From Octopus sinensis (lineage: Eukaryota), in the NCBI RefSeq assembly GCF_006345805.1, contig NC_043015.1, positions 1,240,001 through 1,304,000 on the forward strand: a stretch of 64,000 nucleotides of DNA, written 5' to 3'. The position numbers and the translations under genes are program-made. Every line of letters starts with the position of its first letter. Within the stretch, counting starts at the first letter, position 1. Of this stretch, positions 1 through 16,072 are shown piece after piece. The notes under the pieces were generated by a model. That model saw only the letters and a program-made list of their open reading frames with translations. It had not been told where the DNA came from and searched no databases.

Positions 1-892
1 ATGGCAATAATAATGATCATAAAAGGACACAATATCCAAAAGAACAAAGAATAAAACAATAATTACGATGACAGCGATATAAACAGCAACAACACCACCA
101 ACAACAAAAAAGTTTAAAAATATAAATAAAAACAAGGACTGAAACAGCAACAACACCATGATCATCATCATCATCATCAGCAGCAGCAAGAACAGCAACT
201 ACAATCAAGTAATATATACATAAAACAAGAGCGATCAAAATGAAAACGAAAAAGGAAAACATCAATAATAACAGAAATGATAAATACAACAAAAACAACA
301 AAGGAATATGCATTAAGTGTGACCAAAATTAAAAGAAAGAAAAAAGAGAAATAGCAGTATAAAATGTATTAAAAAATCGTATTTAAAAATAATAGGGAAA
401 ATAGTGAAAAACAATAAAAAGGAAAATTGGAAAAAATACAAAATAATCATATAAAAATTCGCGAAATATGAAATGGAGAATATGGCGGTGATTATAGAGC
501 AGAGGCATATAGCGGAGTGATGAATGAAATAATATATACATATATGAATACTCATACACACGCGCTGTATATGTAATTTTCCTTCAGTCTATCTTTCTCA
601 CTCACCGCCATTTCTCCCACTATCTATCTACTTATGTATATGAATCTGTTTGTGGCTTGTCTGAGTATATATGAATGTGTGTGCGTGTGGTGTGTGTATT
701 TTGCGTGTGTGTGTGTGTTTGTATAGTGTTATATGTACATCATATACATTCGTGTGTCTATGTATATGTGTGTGCGTCTGTGTGTATTCGTATGAGTGCA
801 CGCATACACTTAGGCATACATATAGATGCATATACATATACACGTGTGTATGTTTGTGTGTGTATGTATGATGTGTGCATGTGAACATATGC

Positions 893-926
<34 letters not shown>

Positions 927-1755
927 GTATTTATGAATACGTCCGTGCATAGTTACATATACATCTATGAAATCGAGGCTTAAATCTGAAAAATCGAAAT
1001 ATAGACATGAAAAGGAATCGTACGATATGCGTACAATAAATCAAAAATGACAAATACCCACACACACTCTTATACACGCACACACACGCACTCACACACA
1101 TATATATGTTTGTGTTTGTTACTATGTTCGTATGTGAATCTATGCACTTGTATGTATGTATATCTCAAACGACGTAAAAGTGAAAAATCTAGATCATATT
1201 CTATAGATATAAGTAAATAAAGCAAAAAAATTAAAGGAAATGAAAAGAAAAAATGAATTGAAAAACAAGTAATCATGGAGGCGATTCGAATTGCTGCCAA
1301 TGGCGGCAAATTTAATGGAATATGTGTTGGACGGGTGTTATAATATGCGCTTGATGCTGACGATCTCTTGTGAAGGGTTTCATTTGTTTCATATTTTTAA
1401 ATACAATATGTTGTTTTATTTTTATTTTTATTTTATTTCCCTTTTCTTGCAAAGATTGATTCCCTGAACGTTGTGCATAAAATCACACATCATAAAAAGA
1501 TAAAAAATTTTTTTTCCAGTAATAATATAACAAAATGGTGGAGGTGCAAATATGGATGGGAAAAAAGTGTCAAGTAACTAACACATTGGTTAGCTTTTCG
1601 CGCCTCAGATGCCACATCATTCGTTTAGCACTGCTTTTTCTTCTTTGTTTTGCCACCATTTTTATTTCTTACAATATAGAGGTGGGTTCTATATCACCAT
1701 ATATTCTTGTATATTATTATTATTATTAATATTATTATTATTGTTGTTATTATTA

Positions 1756-1790
<35 letters not shown>

Positions 1791-1796
1791 TTATTA

Positions 1797-1858
<62 letters not shown>

Positions 1859-2416
1859 ACCGTTGTCTTCGTTGTTATTGTTTATGATTATTGTTGTTGT
1901 TAATATCATCACAGCTAGTTTTTGCTTCACATGCCGATTGCTGCTCCACATTTCTGCTATACCTTCCCCCATGTCCTTGGCAACATCTCGTTCACACATC
2001 TCCCAGCTATTTCTCAATTCTTGTCTCCTAGTCTCCTGATATTTTTGTTTTTTTAAAATGTGTTTTTTTGCCTTGTTTCTTTTTTTTTTCAAATTCCCGG
2101 TGTTGTATCTACGATATTTCGCTCAGATAGTTTATTCCGCCCTACGTTTTGTTATTTATTTATTTCAGATGTCTTTCCTGCTGTTAGAGAAAAGCGGCTT
2201 TCCAGCCAGCTGTGTCTCTCTTCATGACCACACATAGAATGAAACTCCTTGAAACATGCGAAAATAAAATTTGACTCTGTGAAGGCTGAATGATGTTTTA
2301 GTGTTCAGATTATTTAAACTCTTCAGTGAGATTATAATACCAGCAGCAATAAGAAAAAAGTAGAACAATCAAATCTGGTCGCTGGAATATGAGATAAGAA
2401 ATAAAGATGAACTCAC

Positions 2417-2692
2417 ATGTACCACAGACCGATGAAGGCAAGCAGGCCGAAAGTTCGAAGTATATACCACCAATTCAAGAGCCACGGAAAAGAATCAACA
2501 GATTCTCGTCCCGGTCGACCTGGTCCCTCCGAAAGGAATCTTCGCTGTTTGACGAGAATTGTGGAAAACCAACTCCGTTCGAAGGCTTCTGACATTGAAA
2601 AAGATCTAGAAGTTAGTCCAAGAACGTGTGTTAAATATCTGCATAAGCTTAAGTATTATGGACAAGCAGCTAGAAGAAAACCTCTCCTTTAA
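2417..2692 (+). pseudogene. Tc1-like transposase N-terminal (HTH) fragment
   Basis: Translation ...SRPGRPGPSERNLRCLTRIVENQLRSKASDIEKDLEVSPRTCVKYLHKLKYYGQAARRKPLL resembles the Tc1/Tc3 GRP...ARRKPLL region; it stops right after KPLL; no TIR found. Confidence 0.75.
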
Positions 2693-3511
2693 CCAATTAA
2701 TATCAAATATAAGATTTTGAAAATTAGAGATGTCTATTTACTTCCTGCATGTCTGTGTATTTCTTCGTCACACTATCGAGTCCGTCCTCTATTCATGGTT
2801 ACACTTTACCAGAAAGTATCACTCACATAAGCATCAGGCAATCAATTTGTTTGTGCCAACGTCTGTCTCCGTGTTTATGTTGTAGTTCGAGATGTATAAT
2901 TTCAATATAAATATTCAGCTTTGAAGATTGCGCCGCAGCATGGACACGGGAAAATGACTGAAATCAGTACAGGAATAAAAGATTAGAAGAATATTGGTTA
3001 ACCTTTCCATGGAAGATTATGGTTTATAAAATCATCGGAGAGAACTAGAGAGCGTACAGATATCAGTGACACTGATATTAAAAGAAAATAAATAAATAAA
3101 TATTGAAGTCGACCTTAGAAGGATTCGAACTAGCAACACAGACGGGGCTAATTAAATACCACAAGGAATTTTCAGTCAACGCCTATGTCTTGTTTCCAGT
3201 CCAGCCCGCTCTCCGCTAAGAATAATGACGGCAATCATAACTACCATTAGAATTTTAAGGATGTAATTAGGAGCGCTAAAGAATACATTAAATGCACACA
3301 ACAAAGCATTATTGATAAATTACTCACCTTCTCACTAGCTCTCGTATTGACTCTCTCTTTCAAGCGCCTTCTCTCCCCATTCTCACTCTAAATCTCTGTC
3401 ACTTCCTCTCTCTATCTCTTATAATATCATATCACTCTTTCTGTTTTTGTGATTTGTAATTTTCGTCTCTCTGAGTTCGTTGGAAGTCGGCGTGTTTGCA
3501 GAGTAGATACA

Positions 3512-4258
3512 TATTCTTTTCTACTTTAGGCACAAGGCCCGAAATTTTCGGGGAGGGGGTCATTCGATTAGATGGACCCCAGAAACGGAACTGGTACTTA
3601 ATTTACCTATCCCGAAAGGATGAAACGTAAAGTTAGCCTCAGTAGAATTTGAACTCAGAACGTAAAGGCAGACGAAGTACAGCTAAGTATTTCGCCCGTC
3701 GTGCTAATGTTTCTGATTTCTTTATTGCCCACAAGGGGCTAAACATAGAGTGGACAAACAAGGACAGATAAACGGATTAGTCGATTACATCGAGCCCAGT
3801 GCGTAACTGGTACTTAATTTATCGACCTCAAAACGATGAAAGCCAAAAATCAACCTCGGCGGAATTTGAACTCAGAACGTAGCGGCAGAGGAAATAGATA
3901 TTTCTTTACTACCCACAAGGGGCTAAACACAGAGAGGACAAACAAGGACCGACAAAGGGATTAAGTCGATTACATCCACCCCAGTTCGTAACTGGTACTT
4001 AATTTATCGATCCCGAAAGAATGAAAGGCAAAGTTGATCTCGGCAGAATTTGAACTCAGAATGTTGCGGCAGACGAAATACCGCTAAGCATTTCGCCCGG
4101 TGTGCTAACGTCTCTGCCAGTTTACCACCTTAAATATTTTTCTACTCTAGGCACAAGACCCTAAATTTTTGGGGAGGGGTTCTGTCGATTAGATCGACAC
4201 CAGTACGCAACTGGTACTTAATTTGTGAATCTCAAAAGGATAAAAGGTAAAGTCTTTG
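3512..4258 (-). mobile_element. Cluster of tRNA-derived SINE copies (family A), including a multimeric copy at 3716-4130
   Basis: Repeated CCCGAAAGGATGAAAGGCAAAGTCGACCTCGGCGGAATTTGAACTCAGAACGT motif. On the minus strand the head has an A-box-like TGGCAGARACGTTAG and a B-box GAGTTCAAATTC. The same family recurs at many positions in the window. Confidence 0.85.
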
Positions 4259-4355
4259 GAATCGAAAATTGTTCAGTGAATGGCTACCAAAATTTCCTTT
4301 AAAATATACTGGATATCTACGCCACTAGGAGAGGAGAAACATGGAAAAGTGTGAA

Positions 4356-4379
4356 GTACTACTACTACTACTACTACTA

Positions 4380-4412
<33 letters not shown>

Positions 4413-4583
4413 AGCTACCACCACCAGTTGTAGCCGTAGCATTATCAGCGGCAGTAGTAGTAGTGGTGTTTGTAGTGGTGGTGGTGGTGGTGGTGGTGTT
4501 GGTGGTGTAGTGATCTTGGTGGTGGTGGTGGTGACAGTGGTATTAAGGGTGACAATATTAGACCGTAGCCGTGTGTAGAAAAC

Positions 4584-4640
<57 letters not shown>

Positions 4641-4690
4641 CGATGACGATGATGATGACGACGGCTATGATGTCACTGAGGATGATGGCA
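4356..4690. repeat. Compound trinucleotide microsatellite (TAC)n/(GGT)n/(GAT)n
   Basis: Visible directly in the sequence. Confidence 0.95.
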
Positions 4691-5497
4691 ATTATGATTT
4701 TTTGATAATGCTTCTGCTGTTGATGTTGATTGAAATTATGAATATGCCTCTAATATAATTAACATATATGAATTTATATACAAAAACAGACGTAAATCAC
4801 AAGAAATGTTATAATTAGTATATAATTGGTGCCTTTACGTAACAATGGAAAAGTATTAGTAAATATAAAGGAACAAAGGAATGAAGAAGGGAAGTCAGAC
4901 CGTGGGGAGCAAAAGACCTGATGCAAGAAATAAATTAAAACAAGGATGAACAAAATAAATAAAAGAGAAAATATTAGGTTAGAAAAAGCAAACAAGTAAA
5001 AGTAAAACAAATAGGGAAATGTGAAAAAAAGTAAAAGAAATGAAAACTGAAACGAAATGAGATGTTGTGAAACTGCAGCAGAATGTGGAAATGGCAGAAT
5101 TATAAATGGAGATGCGATGAAAGAAAGATGGGTGCGTTATGCGCTGTTCTGTGATTTAAATAGATGGGTAAATTGGATTAAAGAGAAATAAAATGGATTA
5201 TCTGAATTGAAGAATATTGGCCGAAAACTAAATTAAGGAATCGGAATGGAGAAGAAAATAGCCAAAGTGCGGGATATGAAAAAAAATAATGTGTGTAAAA
5301 TGTGTATTTTGTGTCCTTTTTGGTTTTTTTTGTGTTTTAATGCATAAATCATAAAAAGTATATAGAAGGGTTTGGGAAATATTTGCGTGATTATGTTTTT
5401 GTGTGTCTCAGTACGTGACATTCATGTGTACATCTTGTGTTCATGAGTGTAATTATGATGTATGTTATCTTGTTCCTTTAATTGTCTCAATTATTAG

Positions 5498-5857
5498 ACT
5501 GCAGCCATGCTGGAACACCTCATATAATCGAACAAATCGAGCCCAGGACATATTCTTTGTAAGCCTAGTACTTATTCTATCCTACTCTTTGGCCGAAACA
5601 TTAAGTTACAGGGACTTAAATACACCAGCGATAGTGGGGGGACAAAATACACACACACGCACACACATGCACTCACACACACACATGTGTATACGACGGG
5701 CTGCTTTCAGTTTTCCCCGACCAAATCTACTCACAAGGCCTTGGTCGGCCCGAGGCTACAGTAGAAGACACTTGTCCAAGATGACACGCAGTGGAACTGA
5801 ACCTGGGACCATGTGGTTGGAAAGCAAGCTTCTTAGCACACAGCCATGCCTGCTCCT
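5498..5857 (-). mobile_element. tRNA-derived SINE (family B) with internal (TG)n
   Basis: Reverse complement gives head GCTGTGTGCTAAGAAGCTTGCTTTCCAACCACATGGTCCCAGGTTCAGTTCCACTG and tail GTGTTCCAGCATGGCTGCAGTC, homologous to 54708-55122. Confidence 0.85.
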
Positions 5858-5944
5858 AATGTATATATAAATATATGTCATGGCTTGCTGGGTCGAAACT
5901 CCTTGGATTATGACGATGAAGGTTCTCGTTGATACGATCAAGGA

Positions 5945-6210
5945 AAAAGCCTGCTCGAGATATTAACGTGTTAGTGCTTGACCAGTCCACAGACATGCGC
6001 ATAATTAACGTTGTCGTTAGGGAGACTTAACCTGATACAGCGAATATAAGAAGGCTGGGTCATTGAAAATACAGATATAATTCATTTTTCCCAGGTGAGT
6101 GGAATTCAGCACCGTGAAAAGAGAATGCTTTGCTGAAGGACACAAGATTTGAACTCCTGACCTTACAATTGTGCGCCAAAGACTTTAAGCATTAAGCTAC
6201 GCAACTTCTC
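5945..6210 (-). mobile_element. Degenerate tRNA-related SINE-like repeat
   Basis: Minus-strand head with B-box-like GGAGTTCAAATC followed by a core-like TGTCCTTCAGCAAAGCA; strongly diverged. Confidence 0.45.
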
Positions 6211-6279
6211 TAAATATTTGTGTGTGTATATCTTGTGTGAGTGCATGTGTGTGCGCGTGTGGTTTGTGCGCATGCATGA

Positions 6280-7629
<1,350 letters not shown>

Positions 7630-8479
7630 AAGGGTGCAGTGTATAAACTGTCCTCGTAAATTACGCAACAGTGAAAATAAAATTGATATCTCACTTTAAA
7701 TTATGTATTTAACAAAATTACATAAAAATATCTTGAAATTCTAAAGAGTAAGTTTATTCAATGAAATCGCAATTTGGCTTCAACCACGCCATCCAGACGA
7801 CTTCGGAATCTCCTGCAACTCTTCTGGGTGGTCTTTTTGTTTAAGTTGGTCAATGCAGCTATACTCCTTGCCTTCAGTTCATCTTTGGTGCTACAGGGAG
7901 ATTTGTTGGTCTGTTTCCCATTTGCGGCCCAGAAATAGTTATCAAGCGGGTTGCAATTTGGGGAGTTAGGTGGCCAGATTTTAGGGGTGATGTCGCAGAA
8001 ACTGTCTAGCAACCATGACCGGGTTCTCCTGCCTGCGTGGCATATTGCAAATTCTTGCTGCCAGACATAGGGTCTTCCAGCAGTCACCCTCTTGACCAGA
8101 GCAGCAGTAATTTCTGAAGGCCCCTGATGTAGGCCTCCGTACTGAGTCTGAGCCCTTGAGTGAAGATGAATGGATGCATAACATCGCCATCACTAGTGAT
8201 AGATTTTGATTTTTATCACTCTCGAAAGATGTCTGTAGATTGCTCTGTCCTTAGATTAGCACCCTGACACTCTAAAATATTCGTATTGGAGCTTCCGGCG
8301 CAGTACAATAAGTTGTTTCCAAATTTCTGGCACAGTTTATTGCGTCAGGGTGCTCTCTTTCTCACAGACAGAACCCAACTAAACCTCCCATACTGAGTAG
8401 TCCACAATATCAAAAACAAACTAAGCGCAAGCGTGAAATTAAAAGTATGCAACGGCGACAATTTACCCATTTCACTCTG
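7630..8479 (-). mobile_element. Internally deleted Tc1/mariner-superfamily element, probably maT/DD37D-like
   Basis: The minus ORF 7758-8087 contains YVWQQ...CHAGRRTRSWL...WPPNSPNCNPLDNYFW...TKDELKA...CRRFRSRLDGVVEA, a transposase C-terminus. Diverged TIRs AAGGGTGCAGTGTATAAACTGTC (7630) and rc CAGAGTGAAATGGGTAAATTGTC (8457-8479), with TA on both sides. Confidence 0.8.
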
Positions 8480-8492
8480 TATGTTTTCTATT

Positions 8493-8567
<75 letters not shown>

Positions 8568-9139
8568 ATGTATGTGTGCGGGTGAGTGCGTGCGTTTGAA
8601 CATATGTGGGCGTGTGTGTATGTGTGGCCGTGTATGTTTATGTGTATAAGCTGTAACGTGCTTCGGACAAAATGTGACCCAGTATTTATTCATTCCTTTA
8701 CAACATATCGCACATCAGTGTATGCTCTCACAGTTGATGATGATGATGATGATGAAGGAGACGTGGCAGGGAACGTAAAAACAATGAAGAGAAGAAAGAA
8801 AATTTGGAGCGTCGAATGAAACAACGGCAGAAGGGTGAGAGATGCTGATCATTGTGAACATGAAATATAAGTCATTGAGAGCATCATTGATGAAGGTGAT
8901 TGCGACAAATAAAACCTCAAAGTCATGATGTTAATAAAGAAGGTGATGACAACAAAGATGATGACGGCTGTATTACTACAGCTTCTAACATTGCTGTTGG
9001 TGTCGATTATAATTTCCCGACGAACACGATGGCGATAAACAAGATGAAGACAACGACTAGGTAAGTGAATATGATGACCACATGAACTGCGACGAGTGCG
9101 AAGAAAGCAATGCAATCAAGGAGGAGGAGGAGCAGCAGG

Positions 9140-9505
9140 ATGATGATATCAGTGGTGGTGATGGTGATGTTGTGGTGGATTACGATGATATCAACGACGC
9201 TGATGACGAGTACGACCAGACGATTGATGACAGTAGAATTTGTAGTGGTTTATAGGTGGTGATTGAAGCGATGGGTGTGACTGTAATTATTATTATCATC
9301 ATCATCATCATCTTCAACATCTTCATCTTCATCATCATCATCATCATCATCGTCATCATCATCATCCTTATTATTATCATTATCATCATCATCATCATTA
9401 TCATCTTCATCATCATCATCATCATCATTATTAATATTATCATCATCATCATCATTCTCATCATCATCATCATCATCATCATTACTATTATCATCATTAT
9501 TAATA

Positions 9506-9560
<55 letters not shown>

Positions 9561-9735
9561 CATCATTATTATCATTATCATGATCATCATAATCATCATC
9601 GTCATCATCATCACTATAATTCCTCCTCACCGTCGTCGTCATTATCATCATCATTATGGTTGTTGTCATCGTCATCATAATCATCATCATCATCATCATC
9701 GTTTTTATTACGACAGTACACGATGATGATCATTA
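9140..9735. repeat. Compound (ATC)/(ATT)/(GTC) microsatellite
   Basis: Visible directly; explains the poly-I/M/D ORFs. Confidence 0.95.
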
Positions 9736-10418
9736 TCATGGTGATGTTGAATAACATTTAAAAAGTCACAAAATATCCAAAATATCGATGTAAAAATGGT
9801 GCGTGCGGCAAACAATAGAAGGAGAAAAGAACAACAACCTAAAATAAAAAAGGACAAAAAACAGCAATACCAACAAATATATTAACAACAGCAACAACAA
9901 CAACAACAATGCGAGCAGCAACAGCTACAAGAAGGACATCAACAATAACACTAATTTGATTAGCTGCTCCAACCCTGTCGCGAACCCGTCACTCATTCAT
10001 TTCTCCTCAACGCTGTTGGGAGACATCATTAATCAGATGGACAGATACGACGACACACATAAACACACACAGAGAAATACACAGGCAATGCACGCAAACA
10101 CGCATATGCACACACAATTACATACGCAGAGTCGCTCAAAAGACATCAGCAAACCATAAATAAATAAATAATCAAATAAATAAATAAATTAATATTTAAA
10201 TAAATAAATAAATATATAAAATAACCTCGAAATACAACCAAATTGTGCGGGCAGATATTGCTCCCGATTGCTCAGATTTATTGGCGTGCACATATACATA
10301 CACACATAATCATGCACGTATACTCAAACTGGTACATAATTATATACAGTAAAGCAGACATACGTACACTGATACAAACGCAATTATATACACATACTCA
10401 AACACATAGAGGACAGTT

Positions 10419-10473
<55 letters not shown>

Positions 10474-10490
10474 TACATACATACATACAA

Positions 10491-10535
<45 letters not shown>

Positions 10536-10769
10536 CGCACATAAGCGTACGTATTTTCATTTGTACATTCGCACACGAGGGCAAGTTGGGGCGCACATAC
10601 ATATAAATGCGCCTGATTGTACACACGTGCGCACATGTATACGTCGCCAATAATAATCGTATTAAAAACAATAATACAGGAATGATACAAATAACTGTAA
10701 GAAAATTAAGTGAAGAAAGGGAAAGAGAAGAGAAGAGAGGAGAAAAAGGAATATCAATAACCAACAGCA

Positions 10770-10781
10770 GATAATAATAAC

Positions 10782-10834
<53 letters not shown>

Positions 10835-11200
10835 TAATATTAACAATAACAACAATAATAATAATAATAATAAAAATAATAATAATGATAATAATAATAA
10901 AAATAATAATAATAAAAATAATAATAATATAATAATAATAATAATAATAATAAAAATAATAATAATAACAAAAATAGTAATAATAATAATAATATTAATA
11001 ATAATAACACTAATAATAATAATAATAATATCCACCACTGCAACAGCAGCAACAACAACAACAACAGTAATATGGTTTTCCTCATAAGCAGAAGGCTACA
11101 CTTTCGAAGGTGCATATGATTATGGGCAGAGATAATGATTAATAACGAAAGAACTAACTATAATAATAATAATAATAATACTAATAATAACAACAACAAC

Positions 11201-11232
<32 letters not shown>

Positions 11233-11239
11233 TAAATAA

Positions 11240-11311
<72 letters not shown>

Positions 11312-11316
11312 AATAA

Positions 11317-11347
<31 letters not shown>

Positions 11348-11365
11348 AAGAAGAAGAAGAAGAAA
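10770..11365. repeat. (TAA)n/(CAA)n/(GAA)n microsatellites
   Basis: Visible directly. Confidence 0.95.
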
Positions 11366-11899
11366 AGTGACGAAGAGATGTTGATGATTCGGTCCCTTGG
11401 TGGTACTTGGCGCAAGTGGCTGCGATTTTGCTTGTCAATTCGACAGTTGCCCGGTGATAAAATGGCCAACGGAGTAAATTAAATCTCTAACCCCACATGT
11501 TCATCACGACGAAAGATATATATTAAAAAAAAGAAAATACATCTCTTACCATTAATGGTCTCCCTCCTTCACTCCCACTCCCTCTCTCCCTCTACTCTTA
11601 TCCTCTTGCTTTCCCTCCTTGTTTCCCTGCCACCTCTCTTTAAGTCTGTATCTTTATCTCTTACTCCGTCTCTGACACATTCTCTCCCATTCTACGTTTT
11701 TCTGCCGTGTCGTCATGATGCTTCTTCCTCTCCTCCACCATTTATTAAATCTGCAACGAATATTGCCGAAGCTATCGCCATTTCTGCTTCTCGTTCTTTA
11801 TCTCTGTTCTTCTTATCTTCCTAACCTGCTCCTTTTCTAACATAAGGGCATGCGCCGCCGCAAAGAATCACTCAACCCGTTTATTCAATAATGGTTGCT

Positions 11900-13380
11900 G
11901 AGCCAACATCAGCGTGACAATTACTATCACTAATACGGCCGCCATCGTCACCATCATCGCCATCACCCCTCCACCATTATCACCACCACCACCAACAACA
12001 ACAACAAAAACAACAACTACTACTACTACTACTACTACAACTGCTACTACTACTACTACTACTACTACTACTATTACTACTACTACTACTACTACTACTA
12101 CTATTACTACTATTACTACTACTACTACTACCACCAAAACCAACAACAACTTCTACTACTACGACTACTACCACAACTACAAAAACAACACCGACACCAC
12201 TTTTGACGCTCAAACTTCAGTTCTACCACCATCACCACCACTACCAACACCACCACTACCACTACTACCACCACCTACGCCGTCGCCATTGATGCCGCAA
12301 CCGCTAGAGCCACCATCATCACCACCAATACCACCACAACCACCTTCTCCTCCTTCCTCTCCTCTCTTCCTTCTTTTCCCTCCCCCTCCTCCTTCGACAC
12401 GACTACCACCACATCCACCACCATCACCATATGCACCACCGCTGCCAATACTCTCACCGAAGCCACCACCGTAACCACCCACCTCTACCAATGCTATCTT
12501 TACCACCACCATCATCATGACTTTCGGGAGCAAAATCATCATCATAACCATAAACATCACTAAAATGACCACAATCTACTCTCACTACCACCACCACCAC
12601 CACCACCACCACCACTACATACAACAACAACAACAACACATTCACCAACACCACCACCACTACGATTAGCATCACTATCACCTTCACATCCACCACCACT
12701 TCGATAATCTCTTCATCACCAACACGGCCATTATCACCTTCTCGCCTTCAACATTACCAATAGCATCACCACGACCACCACCATCACAGGAACGGCCATT
12801 GTTACCCTCCCCTTCAAAATATTATATACAACTCAATCATCAGTAACACTATTAGCATGAATTCAAGTACCACCAATAATATAGCTATCAATCATCTCGG
12901 CCACAACCATCACCACCAATGACAACAACAACACCAACACCAACCCTTCATCATCAATATAATCATCCCCAACATTAGCAGACTTGGAGCCACCACCGTC
13001 ACCAGTGCCAACACCACTATAACCATTACTATGTTCATCGTGATATGTATCACTGCATTGACCACTGCCAACATCTCCACCCTAAGCATTATGAACTCCA
13101 TTGCTACCACCACCATCACCAACAAGCACAACGTCAACGCTAATGGCATTCGCCAACGCAGCCTTATCGATCAACGCCATCACCTTCACCGTCGTCTTGC
13201 CCATCAGCCCCATCAACGATATCTCCAGCGATCGACATCACTCCCAGAGTCAGCATCATCTTCACCACCAGCACTATAACCACAGCAAGGTCACCACCAC
13301 AATCTCTGCCAACGACAAACACTACTGCCACCACTCTCGTTACCATCATCATTGTTATCCCCACTAACACTGCTCCCACC
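11900..13380. repeat. Cryptic CCA/ACT/CAT-rich low-complexity region
   Basis: Degenerate triplet repeats with ORFs in several frames on both strands and no domain signature. Confidence 0.8.
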
Positions 13381-13835
13381 ATCTCATTGATTCAGTAACG
13401 CTAGAATCATTAGTTTTACCGATAATTCCAAATCGCAATACCGGAGTAATCAATGTCCTTGTCGTGGTCATTGACATCAACCTCATTCGCATCATCATCA
13501 TCATTATCATAGTCACCAGCAGTAGCACCAACAACAAAATTTATGCAGCTAGCCCCGACGAAATAGTGCCTCGTATTACACAATAGATCTAACCGGCTTA
13601 TGTAATAACGAAAGATTACGGAAACAAGCATATAGTATATATTATGCGTTTCTTACTACTATATGTGTGTGTCTATCAGTGTATCTGTCTGTCTGTCTTT
13701 CATTCTGGGTGTTTAGAATGAATGGGATATTTATCAGCTATATTTTTCTTACCAGCAATAAACAGCGAAGATAATCCCTGCAATAAACGTTTCTAAAATC
13801 TTTTTCAACAGCGCAATATATTTATGAACGATATA

Positions 13836-14642
13836 GGAGGTCTGATCAAGAAGTATCCGGAATGTTGACACAGCAACGAATCTAAAGCACGCAGTGTAAA
13901 GCTGCTGGGCATAAATTGACCTTGAACTCTGCTGTGCATACGCTCTAATTTTTAACGTTGAAATTCACTTCCGTTGTTTAAGAAGGAAGGCGTATAACGT
14001 GTGATCGTTTCATTCAGCATGGCAGAGAAACTTACCATGGCGATACATGCTCAGTGGCCTACGCAAATTTGCAGAATGTGTATGGAGAGGAGTGTATAAT
14101 GTGCATACAAACGCACAAATGGTCCAGACGTTTCCAAGATGACCGAAAAATGTCGATATTGACGAAATCGTCGAATAACGATCTGTGAGTTATCAAAGAT
14201 TGTGCAGATTAGTTACGATTCAGTTCAGTCCATTATCACTGAAGATTTAGGTGTGAGACGCGTATCCGCCAAGTTTGCGTCAGAACTGCTTTCTGCTAAA
14301 CAAAAATACACTCAGGTTTCAAGTTACACAAGATCTTGATTGCGTGTAGAATGATGAAAATCTTTGAAAACTTTGCGTAGGCCTCTGAGCAGCTATCACG
14401 AACGTTTTGGCAAAATTTGATGCAGATTCTCTGCTCAACTTCCTCTGCCATGGTCAGTGCGATGATCACACGCTACACATGTTCCTTCCCAGCACTGCTG
14501 TAAACAGCAGAGGTGAGCTACAACTTTACAACTTAGTACACATGCACGGCAGATTTGAATACCAGTTTGTGTTGAGCAGCTTTGCTCTATGTGATTTAGC
14601 TTCGTTACAATGGCAACAGATCTGATACTTAATCAGACCACA
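13836..14642 (+). mobile_element. Non-autonomous mariner-derived element with long diverged TIRs
   Basis: Left end TA|GGAGGTCTGATCAAGAAGTATCCGG and right end TCTGATACTTAATCAGACCACA|TA. Inverted similarity extends about 150 bp (13836-13985 vs 14495-14642). Internal relic SVQSIITEDLG-RRVSAKF resembles the mariner LGMRRVSAKFVPKLL motif. Confidence 0.75.
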
Positions 14643-14694
14643 TATTTCTCAATATCATATCGCTTTCATATATGTCAAGGAAAATCAATGCACA

Positions 14695-14965
14695 ATGAAT
14701 GATTCAGTTCAGTCCATTGTCACTGAAGATTTGGGTATGAGTCGCGTGTCCGCCAAGTTTGTGCCAAAACTGCTTTCAGTTAAACAAAAATACACTCAGT
14801 TTTTAGTTACACAAGATCTTTATTGTGTCGAGAATTATGAAAATTAGGGCTTTACTCTACGTGCTTTTGCTTCGTTACAATGGCAACAGATCTGATACTT
14901 ATTAATCAGACCACGTATTTCTCAATATCATATCGCTTTCATGTATGTCAAAGAAAAACAATGAA
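14695..14965 (+). repeat. Partial tandem duplication of the mariner relic plus its right flank
   Basis: 14703-14845 copies about 14219-14360, and 14866-14965 copies about 14596-14690 including about 45 bp beyond the TIR. Confidence 0.8.
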
Positions 14966-15269
14966 CAGTATAATTATCAACAACAAAGGCGAAAACAAAT
15001 ATCACCATATTTGTTTTTGTTTTTTTTTCTGGCTAGCTCAATATATTTATAAACAAAATATGTGTTGTTTTTGTTATAGATCTTACTTCATCAACATTAA
15101 AAGATGAATTAGTATGAAAACAATAACATTTTCAATAATTTTTTTTAACGCTATCAACAACAATATTACGTCATTTGAAATTGTTAAAACTAAGTAAGAG
15201 TTGTGTACCGGGGTCGATACAGCCGACTAACCCACTACACAAATTCTATGCTATTTCACTAATAATAAC

Positions 15270-15341
<72 letters not shown>

Positions 15342-15349
15342 TTTATAAT

Positions 15350-15720
15350 AACAGATTTGCTTGTCAGTTATTTGACCGTAACCAGTTGAGCATGTCCCTT
15401 AGTAGTGGGAGATCATCATAGCCATGTGTTGAGAGGGATTCTTTGGGGTTTGAATAATTCACCTTTGGAAACATGGGTGTTTCGTTCAACATCTATAAAC
15501 AACCCTTATTCAGGGACCTTTAGAGCAGGATGGGTTACTCGACCAGAAGAAATTTTTAACTAGGCCACACTTGCAAGGTCATGTGCTGTTTATCTTGATA
15601 TAAGATCGCCATATTGCGCACATATGGTTGTAATGCATGTGCCTGGTGTACCCTTATCAAACGGGTAGTCATGATGGGTATATTGGGCTTCGTATATTTT
15701 GCGCAGTGCCACTTTGATGG
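15350..15720 (-). mobile_element. Probable 3' fragment of an interspersed retroelement (family uncertain)
   Basis: Complex sequence embedded between (TAA)n tracts; recalled as resembling a common cephalopod repeat tail, with no protein motif to confirm it. Confidence 0.35.
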
Positions 15721-15852
15721 CGTGCACTGCTCTCTCACCCAATAATAATAATAATATAATAATAATAATATTAATAATAATAATATTAATATTAATAATA
15801 ATAATATTAATAATAATAATAATAATAATAGTAATAATAATAATAATAATAC

Positions 15853-15929
<77 letters not shown>

Positions 15930-16072
15930 CAATAATAATCATTTTACTCCTGCTGCTGTAAAAACAGTGGGGTCTGTATAATCAGCCAGTCCCCATTCCA
16001 CAAATCTTATGCCTTCTGCCTCCAATACAAGGGATTTTTATTATAATTATTACTATTATTATTATTATTATT

